DNA from: a virus
Lineage: Duplodnaviria > Caudoviricetes
DNA length: 31,954 nt
Virus record (IMG/VR): IMGVR_UViG_3300048598_000578
Span: 1 to 31,954 of that record
Reading direction: 5' to 3' (one strand)
The position numbers and the translations under genes are program-made. Under the pieces are notes generated by a model. The model searched no databases. It had not been told where the DNA came from and saw nothing but the letters and a program-made list of their open reading frames with translations. Of the stretch, positions 8,735 to 16,046 are shown piece after piece (positions within the stretch are counted from its first letter, which is position 1; the number at the start of each line of letters is the position of its first letter).

Positions 8735-9150
8735 TCCTCACCCCCAGCGTGGCGCGCCACGTTTTGCTGTCGTGCGTTTTCGTGGCGCGCGATGAGCGCC
8801 TCCACCTCAGCGATGAGCGACTCCATGCCAGCGGCGAAGCTGGCCGGCCTGCTCGACGCCCCCTTCCTCAACTGCTGGAACACCTCCTGAGCCTTGCCGT
8901 GATGCGTGAGCATTCCGGAGAAGCTGCGGAGGATCTCCTGCGCTGCCCGGCGCCCTTCCAGGAACAGCGCCCTATCCACCCTGGGCCCTGCCGCCGGCGC
9001 CATGGACTGGGCCGGCGCCGCAGGTCGTTCCGCTTGAACCGGAGCAACCGGCGCTGCCTTCGCCTTGGATACCCGGCGCGCTGGTGCTGGCGCTATTCGC
9101 TTGGCCCGGTCCAGGGCTTTCCTTGCGAGTGATCCGAGAGGCTTAGCCAC
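8731..9150 (-). CDS. Phage hypothetical protein, 139 aa, basic Ala/Pro-rich N-terminus
   Basis: GTG at 9150 with GGAGG RBS; ATGA overlap with xis. Confidence 0.65.
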   Translation of the reverse strand: MAKPLGSLARKALDRAKRIAPAPARRVSKAKAAPVAPVQAERPAAPAQSMAPAAGPRVDRALFLEGRRAAQEILRSFSGMLTHHGKAQEVFQQLRKGASSRPASFAAGMESLIAEVEALIARHENARQQNVARHAGGEE

Positions 9151-9556
9151 GGCTTGCCTCCATTGCGCTGCAGTTCTCGCAGACGCCGTTGTTGGCGGCC
9201 ATGAAGCCGGCCCCGAAGCTGTCGCCCGGGTACACGTCGCCGCACGCGCATTGGTACTCGACGGGGATCGCGATGAAATCCGGCCAGCGTGGACGCCGGG
9301 TGTCGATCCTGGCGCGAACCGCCGCGACGATCGATGTCGCTGCGATCTCGATGCGCGAACGGTCCGCGTCGGACAGGTCGTTCCAGGGGATCGACTTGTA
9401 GGACGTGAAGCGATGAAGCTCCCGGGCCGCGGCGCGCACGTCGCTGGCATAGAGGTGCCCTTCGGCCGACTTGGCGCGCTGCTTCCAGTAGCTGGCCCGG
9501 CGCCGTGCTTCCTTGAGCTCGGCGAGCAGCTGACGCTGCTGGCGGTTGGTCTCCAT
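9143..9556 (-). CDS. Phage hypothetical protein with C-terminal Zn-ribbon-like motif
   Basis: CACG...CENC; coupled to both neighbours. Confidence 0.7.
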   Translation of the reverse strand: METNRQQRQLLAELKEARRRASYWKQRAKSAEGHLYASDVRAAARELHRFTSYKSIPWNDLSDADRSRIEIAATSIVAAVRARIDTRRPRWPDFIAIPVEYQCACGDVYPGDSFGAGFMAANNGVCENCSAMEASRG

Positions 9557-9759
9557 TACTCGCCCTCCACCACCTTGATGCGCAGGTCCATGCCGCAGGC
9601 GCTAGCCAGGCGCACCAGGTCGTCGATGGTGCTGCGCTGGTTCTGCAGGGCGGTGCCCAGGTCGACCAGGCGCGCGCCGAGGATGTAGAACGGGCTGGGG
9701 TTCGTCGGCTGCGGCGCGCTCTGGTGGGCGCCGGCCGGCACGTGTGCGGTCACGGTCAT
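9556..9759 (-). CDS. Phage hypothetical protein, 67 aa (MTVTAHVP...)
   Basis: ATG at 9759 with GAGGT RBS; overlaps the upstream stop (ATGA) and the downstream start (TAATG). Confidence 0.65.
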   Translation of the reverse strand: MTVTAHVPAGAHQSAPQPTNPSPFYILGARLVDLGTALQNQRSTIDDLVRLASACGMDLRIKVVEGE

Positions 9760-9980
9760 AGGATGAACCTCGGTTGTTGCCGGGGAGCGCCAGGGGCGGC
9801 CGCCGGCGTGATCGGCTTCGGGCACGAGACCACCAGGGTGGTGCCGCGCATCTCGATGGTGGGTTTGGCCAGGCGGCGGGCCTCGTCGCGCTGCTCGACG
9901 GCGGCGAGGAAGAGGCCGAAGAAGGCGATGGCTGCAATGCTGAGCAGGCAGTGCCAAGCCCAGTGCTGACGGCTGCTCAT
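9756..9980 (-). CDS. Small phage membrane protein
   Basis: One hydrophobic segment (CLLSIAAIAFFGLFLAAV); ATGA coupling. Confidence 0.65.
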   Translation of the reverse strand: MSSRQHWAWHCLLSIAAIAFFGLFLAAVEQRDEARRLAKPTIEMRGTTLVVSCPKPITPAAAPGAPRQQPRFIL

Positions 9981-10885
9981 GCGTCACCGCCTTCTGGCTC
10001 CTGCGCGCCAAGCCAGAAGTCGTCGACTGCGGCACAGTCACTGCAGATACCACGTTCGCGGATGAAGGCGGCCTCAGTGCTGTCGCCGGCGAACCAGTGG
10101 TTGTAGCGGCAGGCAACGGGTTCAGCCGATTGCTGCTGGCGCTTCAGTTCGGCCACCACCACCCCGACCGCTTCGATCACCGGCACGCCGACGTAGCCGT
10201 CCTCGATCTCCACGCGCTCCAGCCAGCCCTCCAGAACCAGGATGCTTTCGGCCAGCTCAGCCTGGCCCTCGCGCAGGCCGGCAGCCACTTGCTCGACCTG
10301 GGCCAGGTGTTCATCCAGCGGAGGAAGCTGCGCGCCCGAACCATCATCAGTGGTGCCGGCGGTGCCGGTGAGCATGTCGAAGATGCCGGGTTTGAGGGGA
10401 GCAACCGGCGCGGAGCGGGGTTGCTCGCCGGGATCAACCCGGCGGCGAGCGGCTGCGGCGCCAGGGTAAGCCGGTTCTGCAGCGGCACCAGAGACAGGGA
10501 CGCCTCGCTCTGCGCGCGCCCCGGAGTTATCCAGGAATGCCGCAGCGAGCTCGCGGATGCGGCGCAGGGCATCCATGGCTTGCAGGGCGGAGCCGTTCTG
10601 TCCGGCCTCTGCGTGCCGCTCAATGTTCAGCAGCGTGTTCTCCAGGCCAGCGACAACACCCTCCAGGGATTCGGCGCTCTCCATGTAGCGCTCGACCGAG
10701 TCGATGTAGCCCGCTGCAGCCTCGGCCGCCAGGCGCTTGTCCTCGATGGCGTTGCCCTCGGCCACCTCGGCAATCACGGAACCGCCGCGGCCGATAGCGA
10801 TCGGAGTGCCCGGCTTCAGGTAGGGGCGAACCGAGTCGAGCTGCATGCCCATGCCAGAGCGGAGAACGATGGTGATGGCGTTCAT
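9977..10885 (-). CDS. Phage hypothetical protein, 302 aa
   Basis: Long ORF with GGAG RBS in operon orientation; coiled-coil segments; C-terminal CxxC. Confidence 0.75.
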   Translation of the reverse strand: MNAITIVLRSGMGMQLDSVRPYLKPGTPIAIGRGGSVIAEVAEGNAIEDKRLAAEAAAGYIDSVERYMESAESLEGVVAGLENTLLNIERHAEAGQNGSALQAMDALRRIRELAAAFLDNSGARAERGVPVSGAAAEPAYPGAAAARRRVDPGEQPRSAPVAPLKPGIFDMLTGTAGTTDDGSGAQLPPLDEHLAQVEQVAAGLREGQAELAESILVLEGWLERVEIEDGYVGVPVIEAVGVVVAELKRQQQSAEPVACRYNHWFAGDSTEAAFIRERGICSDCAAVDDFWLGAQEPEGGDA

Positions 10886-10887
10886 GG

Positions 10888-11088
10888 TCAGTTGCTCCCG
10901 GCGGCCGTGGGCTGATGGCGCAGTTCTGCGCCATGGATGCGCTGATAGATCTCCTCGCGGTGGACCTCGGTGTCACGCGGGGCGGTCACGCCGAGGCGTA
11001 CCTGGTTGCCCTTGACGCCGAGCACCACGACCTCGATGTCGTCGCCGATGCAGATGGTTTCGCCTACGCGGCGGGTGAGAATGAGCAT
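10888..11088 (-). CDS. csrA: Phage-encoded CsrA/RsmA translational regulator, 66 aa
   Basis: [51 protein letters not shown] is close to canonical CsrA; AGGAG RBS. Confidence 0.95.
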   Translation of the reverse strand: MLILTRRVGETICIGDDIEVVVLGVKGNQVRLGVTAPRDTEVHREEIYQRIHGAELRHQPTAAGSN

Positions 11089-11134
11089 GGTCCTACTCCT
11101 TGGCTTGGCGCGGGCTTCCCCGCGCCTTTTCGAT

Positions 11135-11380
11135 TCAGTGGTTGGGCGCTTCGCGCTGCGGCCCGCCAGGGCGGGGGCCTGCCACGGTCTCCGGGGCGAT
11201 GCCGTCGCCAATCACTTCCAGGCGGCCCTCGTCGAACCACTCGGTGCGGTTGATGCTTCCGTCCTTGGCGGGAGGGGCGAGCGAGTACTGGTCGCAACCG
11301 GTGAGGTACTGCGCGCGGCCAGTGACGATTCCCTCGAAGCCGGTGATCTTGTCGCGGGCCTTCTTGCCGAGCTGGATCAT
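11135..11380 (-). CDS. Conserved-looking phage hypothetical protein, 81 aa
   Basis: [32 protein letters not shown]...WFDEGRL; ATGA overlap with the SPFH gene. Confidence 0.75.
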   Translation of the reverse strand: MIQLGKKARDKITGFEGIVTGRAQYLTGCDQYSLAPPAKDGSINRTEWFDEGRLEVIGDGIAPETVAGPRPGGPQREAPNH

Positions 11381-12219
11381 TTGCCCGCTCCTACGCCGAT
11401 GAAGGGGAGGGGCGAGCCCTGGGCCATGTACTGCGGGAGCTTGCCGTCCCACTTCTCCACGGCATTCAGCGTCACCACATCGGGGTTCGCGCGCAGGGCC
11501 TGGGCACGGATCTCGATCGCCTTGGCGTCAGCCTGGGCCAGTGTCAGCTTCGCGTCGGCCTCACCTTGGGCTCGGGCCCGCTCCTTGTCCGCCTCGGCCT
11601 TGGCCTGGGCGACCTCATTGCGGCGCTGCTCGGCCATCTGGGTGGCCTGGATCTTGGCGTTCAGGCTCTGGGTGACCTGCGGAGGCAGCACCAGGTCGGA
11701 GGCGTAGTAGATGCGCTCGACGTTCAGCCCGATCGGCGCCACCTGTTCGCGCACGCGCTTCTCGACGGCCAGCAGGAGATCGCTCTTGCCGGCGCCGTAG
11801 ACGCTCTCCACCGGCAGCTTCGATGCGATGTCGTTGAAGGCGTCGCGCACCATGTTCCGCAGGAACTTGTTGGTGATCTCGTCGATGCCTGCCCGGTACT
11901 TCTGGAACAGCGTCGTCACCTTGTCGGGGGACACCGAGTAGGTGATGCCGACGGCGCCGCCGACCTTCATGCCCTCGACGGTCTGGAAGCTGATCGCTTC
12001 CTCGCCGCCCCAGGTCTCGGTCTGGGTGAAGGTGGGGAACAGGTACAGCTCTTCGTTGAGCCCGACCCAATAGCGGCCGGTGCCCACCTCCTTCATGTCG
12101 ACGCCCTTGTCGGAGCCGTACAGGTTGACGATCACGCCGACGTTACCGGCGGGGACTTTCGAGCAGGCCGACAGGGCGGCGAGCAGGCACAGCAGGAAGG
12201 CGGTGGTGATCCGCTTCAT
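11377..12219 (-). CDS. SPFH/Band-7 (prohibitin-like) lipoprotein, 280 aa
   Basis: Lipobox LSAC; KVPAGNVGVIVNLYG; C-terminal AEA coiled coil (AKAEADKERARAQGEADA) and EKWDGKLP. Confidence 0.9.
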   Translation of the reverse strand: MKRITTAFLLCLLAALSACSKVPAGNVGVIVNLYGSDKGVDMKEVGTGRYWVGLNEELYLFPTFTQTETWGGEEAISFQTVEGMKVGGAVGITYSVSPDKVTTLFQKYRAGIDEITNKFLRNMVRDAFNDIASKLPVESVYGAGKSDLLLAVEKRVREQVAPIGLNVERIYYASDLVLPPQVTQSLNAKIQATQMAEQRRNEVAQAKAEADKERARAQGEADAKLTLAQADAKAIEIRAQALRANPDVVTLNAVEKWDGKLPQYMAQGSPLPFIGVGAGK

Positions 12220-12473
12220 TGGTCTTTCTCCAGGTTGGTGGTGGTGCGTTTTTCCGCGCATGCGCGGAATTTCAGGACGATGTGCAGGGCGAGGCAGCCG
12301 GTGCCGATCAGCCACACGGCGGGGGCCAGGAAGCCCAGGCCGACCAGAACCGAGTCGGCGCTGCTGACCATGGCGGGCGCGATGCCGCCGAGCAGGGCGA
12401 TGGACAGGGCGGCATAGGCCAAGGCGGCGAGGCAGATCAGGAACAGGCGGCCAGGCCGCATCAGGTTTTGCAT
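12216..12473 (-). CDS. Small two-TM membrane protein
   Basis: Two hydrophobic helices; AAGGAG RBS; ATGA overlap with the SPFH gene. Confidence 0.75.
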   Translation of the reverse strand: MQNLMRPGRLFLICLAALAYAALSIALLGGIAPAMVSSADSVLVGLGFLAPAVWLIGTGCLALHIVLKFRACAEKRTTTNLEKDQ

Positions 12474-12583
12474 GTCGTCTCCTTTCTCCGGGCAAGCCGA
12501 TCCCCTGCCGGGGTACTTGGCTTCCCGAAAATCTGTGATAGGTGGTCACCGGACTGCGCTCGATCAGGAGCGCACGCCGCTGA

Positions 12584-12982
12584 TCACGCGGCTATCAGTC
12601 CTGCCTCTTCGCAGCGGCGGCCGGCCTGGCGCAGTTCGGTCTTGCGCTCGGGCGGGCGGCGGTCGCGGCGCATGGGATCGTCGTCGAGGATGGGGTGGAG
12701 TGCGGCCATGCCTGCGAGCATGACGACACAGGCCGGCGCGAGGATTCCGCGCTTGAACGCCTCGGCGACGAGGGCTGCCCGGCGGGTGATCCCGAGCTTC
12801 GTGGTAGCCGCCAGTACGCGCTTATCCACGGTGGCCGGCTGCATGTCCAAATCGCGAGCAAGCTCCTTCGAGGTACGACCAGCAGCGATGCCCAGGACGC
12901 ACTGCAGCTCCCGCAGGGAAAGGCCCTTGCCAAGGAAACCAGTGAGGCCATGTGCGGTGATGCTGGTTGTTGCAGTGGTCAT
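12584..12982 (-). CDS. Stand-alone LuxR-type HTH protein, first gene after PL
   Basis: LSLRELQCVLGIAAGRTSKELARDLDMQPATVDKRVLAATTKLG; GGAG RBS; no sensor domain. Confidence 0.85.
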   Translation of the reverse strand: MTTATTSITAHGLTGFLGKGLSLRELQCVLGIAAGRTSKELARDLDMQPATVDKRVLAATTKLGITRRAALVAEAFKRGILAPACVVMLAGMAALHPILDDDPMRRDRRPPERKTELRQAGRRCEEAGLIAA

Positions 12983-13051
12983 AAACATTGCTCCATGCAG
13001 ATGCTTAAATTTCTCGCCTTGCTGGCGGCACATCGCTTGATGTTGAGAAGA

Positions 13052-13093
13052 ATATTAGGCATGCCTTTCATTGAAATCAATAGGTATGCCTAA
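13052..13093 (-). promoter_or_regulatory. PL promoter with two OL operators
   Basis: Minus strand TTGATT-17 bp-TAATAT. Quasi-palindromes TTAGGCATGCCTTT (13055-13068) and ATAGGTATGCCTAA (13080-13093) match the OR sites. Confidence 0.85.
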
Positions 13094-13151
13094 TTTATTT
13101 CGTGACCACAATCGTATGAGGTGGTCAAAGGCCTGGGCTATAGGAACGGGC

Positions 13152-13194
13152 TTGCAGTACATTGAATCTCGAAATACTGTATGGATAAACAGTA
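13152..13194 (+). promoter_or_regulatory. SOS promoter with LexA box
   Basis: TTGCAG-17 bp-TACTGT; TA-CTGTATGGATAAACAG-TA (CTG-N10-CAG, 13177-13192) overlaps the -10. Confidence 0.85.
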
Positions 13195-13212
13195 AGTGGG
13201 TGGAGGTTCAGC

Positions 13213-13467
13213 ATGGCAAAGGCAGCACGCAAGCAGGAAAAGCAACCGTCCGGGTACAGTCTTCTGGTGGCGAGGCTTCAGCGGCTGATTAGCTCGCCGC
13301 CAGTGCAGCGGGTGCGAGCGGTGACAATCCGCAAGCTGGAAGAGGAGGCGCAGGAAGATTGGGAGCGCCTGTTGGAAGAGCTGCGCTCAAACGATGGGCT
13401 GGAGATCGAGGAGGGCGAGGAGGGCGCCGTCACCATCCGATGGCAGGTGGACGAGAGCGCCTGGTAG
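13213..13467 (+). CDS. DUF1654-like protein
   Basis: YSLLVARLQRLISSP...EDWERLLEEL...GAVTIRW pattern; GGAGGT RBS; LexA box upstream. Confidence 0.75.
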   Translation: MAKAARKQEKQPSGYSLLVARLQRLISSPPVQRVRAVTIRKLEEEAQEDWERLLEELRSNDGLEIEEGEEGAVTIRWQVDESAW

Positions 13468-13479
13468 GGGGCGGAAATG

Positions 13480-13505
13480 AAAAGCCCCGCGGGTGCGGGG
13501 CTTCT
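13480..13505. terminator. Probably bidirectional terminator between convergent genes
   Basis: AAGCCCCGC-GGGT-GCGGGGCTT with an A run on the left and TTCT on the right. Confidence 0.7.
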
Positions 13506-13523
13506 GTCATTGCGATGCGCGGC

Positions 13524-13862
13524 TTAGGCGCGCATCTTTTCCATGAACTCCTTAACAGGAGCGGTACTGGATTCGCTTACGGTTTCTTCGGATGCCTCGA
13601 TCTCGTTCAGGCGCTGGCACATGATCTTCTTGATCTCTGAGCGCGCGAAACGGTTGAGGAGATCCCGGATCATCGGCTGATAGCCAACGCCATGGTACTC
13701 GGCGATCTTCTTGAGGTCGCCAACCAGTTGTTTTTGCAGGCGAATGGAAATCAGCTGAAGGCCGAGCGCGTCATCCACCTCTTGCTTGGAGCCAGTGGCG
13801 ACGGCGGCATGCTCTTCGGAATGCCCGAGCTCGCCACTTTCCCACAGTTCAGTGTTGCTCAT
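13524..13862 (-). CDS. CopG/BrnA-like ribbon-helix-helix antitoxin
   Basis: LQLISIRLQKQLVGDLKKIAEYHGVGYQPMIRDLL; GAGGGAG RBS before MSNTELWE (alternative start at 13883). Confidence 0.8.
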   Translation of the reverse strand: MSNTELWESGELGHSEEHAAVATGSKQEVDDALGLQLISIRLQKQLVGDLKKIAEYHGVGYQPMIRDLLNRFARSEIKKIMCQRLNEIEASEETVSESSTAPVKEFMEKMRA

Positions 13863-13875
13863 AGCTCCCTCACCT

Positions 13876-14172
13876 TTAGTCATTGAGTGCGTATTTACGG
13901 TAGATTCGGATTTCTTCAGGGTTAGGTTCGTAGGTTGTCTTCAGAAAAATCTTGCCATCATCGAAGATGAAACAGACCTTGAGCAGGCGTCCTGCGTTGG
14001 TAGGGGCGATGAACCATTTCGTCGCCGGGTCCGTCTTGTGTTCCTCTCTCTGATCAATCAGATGCTCGCCCTCACAGTTTTCGAAGCACTGCTCAACCTC
14101 GCGGCGCGTGATGCCGCCATGCTTCTCCTGGAGCTTCTTGGCGATCTGCTCCGATATGATCAGGTTTTCCAA
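13876..14172 (-). CDS. BrnT/DUF4258-like (RelE-fold) toxin
   Basis: KLQEKHGGITRREVEQCF...WFIAPTNAGRLLKVCF...LKTTY; TTG start with AGGAG RBS; toxin-first order ahead of an RHH gene. Confidence 0.75.
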   Translation of the reverse strand: MENLIISEQIAKKLQEKHGGITRREVEQCFENCEGEHLIDQREEHKTDPATKWFIAPTNAGRLLKVCFIFDDGKIFLKTTYEPNPEEIRIYRKYALND

Positions 14173-14187
14173 ACGGCTCTCCTATTC

Positions 14188-14250
14188 GTGTTTGTATATA
14201 CAGATGATAGGGCCGATTCTCGGCCTATTCAATCTGTGTGTATATACAGA
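14188..14250 (-). promoter_or_regulatory. TA operon promoter flanked by two TGTATATACA palindromes
   Basis: Minus strand TTGAAT (14227-14232)-17 bp-TATCAT (14204-14209). TGTATATACA at 14193-14202 and 14239-14248; the upstream copy lies within CTG-N10-CAG (14234-14249). Confidence 0.8.
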
Positions 14251-14307
14251 CGGATGAATGGCGTCAGAAAGAAGGCGGATGGCTACTGCCCCATGATCTG
14301 CCTATAG

Positions 14308-14997
14308 CTACAGCACGCCGCGGGGTAGCTTGTAGTCGATCACGCGCCCAATGATGCGGACTGTCTCGCTGACCTCAAGCGTGCGATAGGTGGGATTCAG
14401 CGGTTTTAGGTATTCGAACCCAGCATCGCGGACATACTGCTTCACAGTGGTGTCGCGTTTCTTCCCCGGCTCGTAGCAGATCGCCACATAGTACTTCCCG
14501 CTGATCAGATCGAAGCCTTCAGGCTGCACCAATATCCGACTCCCCGGGGGGAAGAGAGGCGTCATTGAGTCCCCGTTAACGACCAGCCAATACCCATGGA
14601 GCCCGGCCTTCTCTTCCGATTCCAGCCATTCGTCTGCATCGCCTGGCTGGAAATTGTCCGGGCTCTCTGCCCAGTCTCCAGCTCTAACCCAACTGATCAC
14701 CGGGTATTTCGTCCTTTTCCTTGGCGGCGTGGTGATAGGCACAACGTTCGCGTGCTCGCTCAGCGGATGATCTGCCTGCTCGCGCATTGGGCCTTTTCCG
14801 GTTGCAAGCCATAGGGGGCTCACCTTCAGAAAGGCAGCAGCGTTGAGGAGATTTTCCCCCTCAATGCTTTTCGTCTTCCCGGATATCCAATCATTTACCG
14901 AAGGCGCCTTGACGCGGCAGGCACGCGCAAGCGCCGCCTGCGTAATCTTCGGCGGCCCAGCCATCGCGAGTTTTAGTCGTTCTTGAAGTGTCTGCAT
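14308..14997 (-). CDS. cI: CI-like repressor (HTH + S24 peptidase)
   Basis: HTH TQAALARACRVKAPSVNDW; Ala-Gly cleavage site in SWVRAG; catalytic Ser in GDSM and Lys in TVKQY. Confidence 0.95.
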   Translation of the reverse strand: MQTLQERLKLAMAGPPKITQAALARACRVKAPSVNDWISGKTKSIEGENLLNAAAFLKVSPLWLATGKGPMREQADHPLSEHANVVPITTPPRKRTKYPVISWVRAGDWAESPDNFQPGDADEWLESEEKAGLHGYWLVVNGDSMTPLFPPGSRILVQPEGFDLISGKYYVAICYEPGKKRDTTVKQYVRDAGFEYLKPLNPTYRTLEVSETVRIIGRVIDYKLPRGVL

Positions 14998-15063
14998 TAG
15001 GAGAGCCTATCACTAGGTATATAAGGTATTCCTATTGACCGTAATGGAAGGCATGCCTAATAT
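14997..15063 (+). promoter_or_regulatory. PR promoter with three OR operators
   Basis: TTGACC (15035)-17 bp-TAATAT (15058). Operators TTAGGAGAGCCTAT, TAAGGTATTCCTAT and GAAGGCATGCCTAA start at 14997, 15022 and 15047 (25-bp period). Confidence 0.85.
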
Positions 15064-15094
15064 CTGGAGGTCAGACCCAGCAGAGAAGCAGCAC

Positions 15095-15358
15095 ATGCAC
15101 CCCAGCGAAATCATTGATGCCCTCGGCGGGACATTCCGCGTAGCGGAGTTGTGCGAGGTGAAACCGCCATCGGTTAGTGGCTGGCGTAAGCACGGAATTC
15201 CTCGCGCTCGGCTGATGTTCCTTCGTATTGCCCGCCCGGACGCCTTTAAGGACATCGATAGCTCCGCCGACCATGCCCAAATGATGCCCGGCGACTGCCA
15301 ATCTGAGCAGCCCAGCAATCATGCTGGTCAGGTATCCAGTGCCGAGGTGACGCAATGA
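15095..15358 (+). CDS. cro: Cro-like repressor
   Basis: IIDALGGTFRVAELCEVKPPSVSGWRKHGIP; divergent from cI; recognition helix similar to that of cI (VKAPSVNDW). Confidence 0.9.
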   Translation: MHPSEIIDALGGTFRVAELCEVKPPSVSGWRKHGIPRARLMFLRIARPDAFKDIDSSADHAQMMPGDCQSEQPSNHAGQVSSAEVTQ

Positions 15359-15798
15359 CCGACATCGTCCAGTTCGGAATGATCCTGCTCGCCACGCTGC
15401 TGGCTTTTGTGTCCGGGCATGCAACCGCTCGCCGCTCCAGCGGCGTGCGCCTGGTGGATAAGTGGCCTCACGCGCACATCCAGTTCGACTCCGATATGAG
15501 CCAAGAGGACGTTCTGCGCTTCCTGGACATGACTCGCGAGATGGTGCTGACCGGCGAGCTAGCCAAACCTAAGAAGACGGAGGATCGGGCCACCGAGCTA
15601 TGCCGCTCGATCCGACCCTCGATCGTCCTTGAGCTTCGCGAGGATGGACTCGCTGTCATCTCTGGCTGGATAGGCGGAAGGCACGACTCGACCTACCGCC
15701 CGATGCCCATCAGCGAAGCGATTGGGGAGCTCAACGCTCTGGTCCAGGAGCTTCAACAACAAGCTCACCCTTCGAGTTCCGATGCACATGCTCGTTGA
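15355..15798 (+). CDS. Hypothetical protein with N-terminal TM/signal segment
   Basis: GAGGTG RBS and ATGA coupling to cro; hydrophobic FGMILLATLLAFVSG. Confidence 0.6.
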   Translation: MTDIVQFGMILLATLLAFVSGHATARRSSGVRLVDKWPHAHIQFDSDMSQEDVLRFLDMTREMVLTGELAKPKKTEDRATELCRSIRPSIVLELREDGLAVISGWIGGRHDSTYRPMPISEAIGELNALVQELQQQAHPSSSDAHAR

Positions 15799-15949
15799 AC
15801 TCGATATTCACCATCGTCTGACCTCGCCATTTGACGCGGTAGAAGGTCAGACCGCTGAAGCCTACGCGCGTGTCTTTTGGCAGCGCACTCAGCGTATCGA
15901 GCAGGGACTGTAAATCGATGGTCGGGATTCTTTCTTCAGCGTCAGTCAT
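15731..15949 (-). CDS. Counter-oriented 72-aa hypothetical protein (moron-like)
   Basis: MTDAEERIPTIDLQSLLDTL...; GGAGG RBS; extended -10 TGcTATCGT at 15985-15993; globular-looking composition. Confidence 0.65.
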   Translation of the reverse strand: MTDAEERIPTIDLQSLLDTLSALPKDTRVGFSGLTFYRVKWRGQTMVNIEFNEHVHRNSKGELVVEAPGPER

Positions 15950-16046
15950 GCCAGGCCTCCGAGCCCGTTTCGTGTGGAAGCAAAACGATAGCACGGAGTG
16001 TCCTGGCGCCTCTTTGCGCCCTGGCTGATCTCAAACGCCAGACAGC

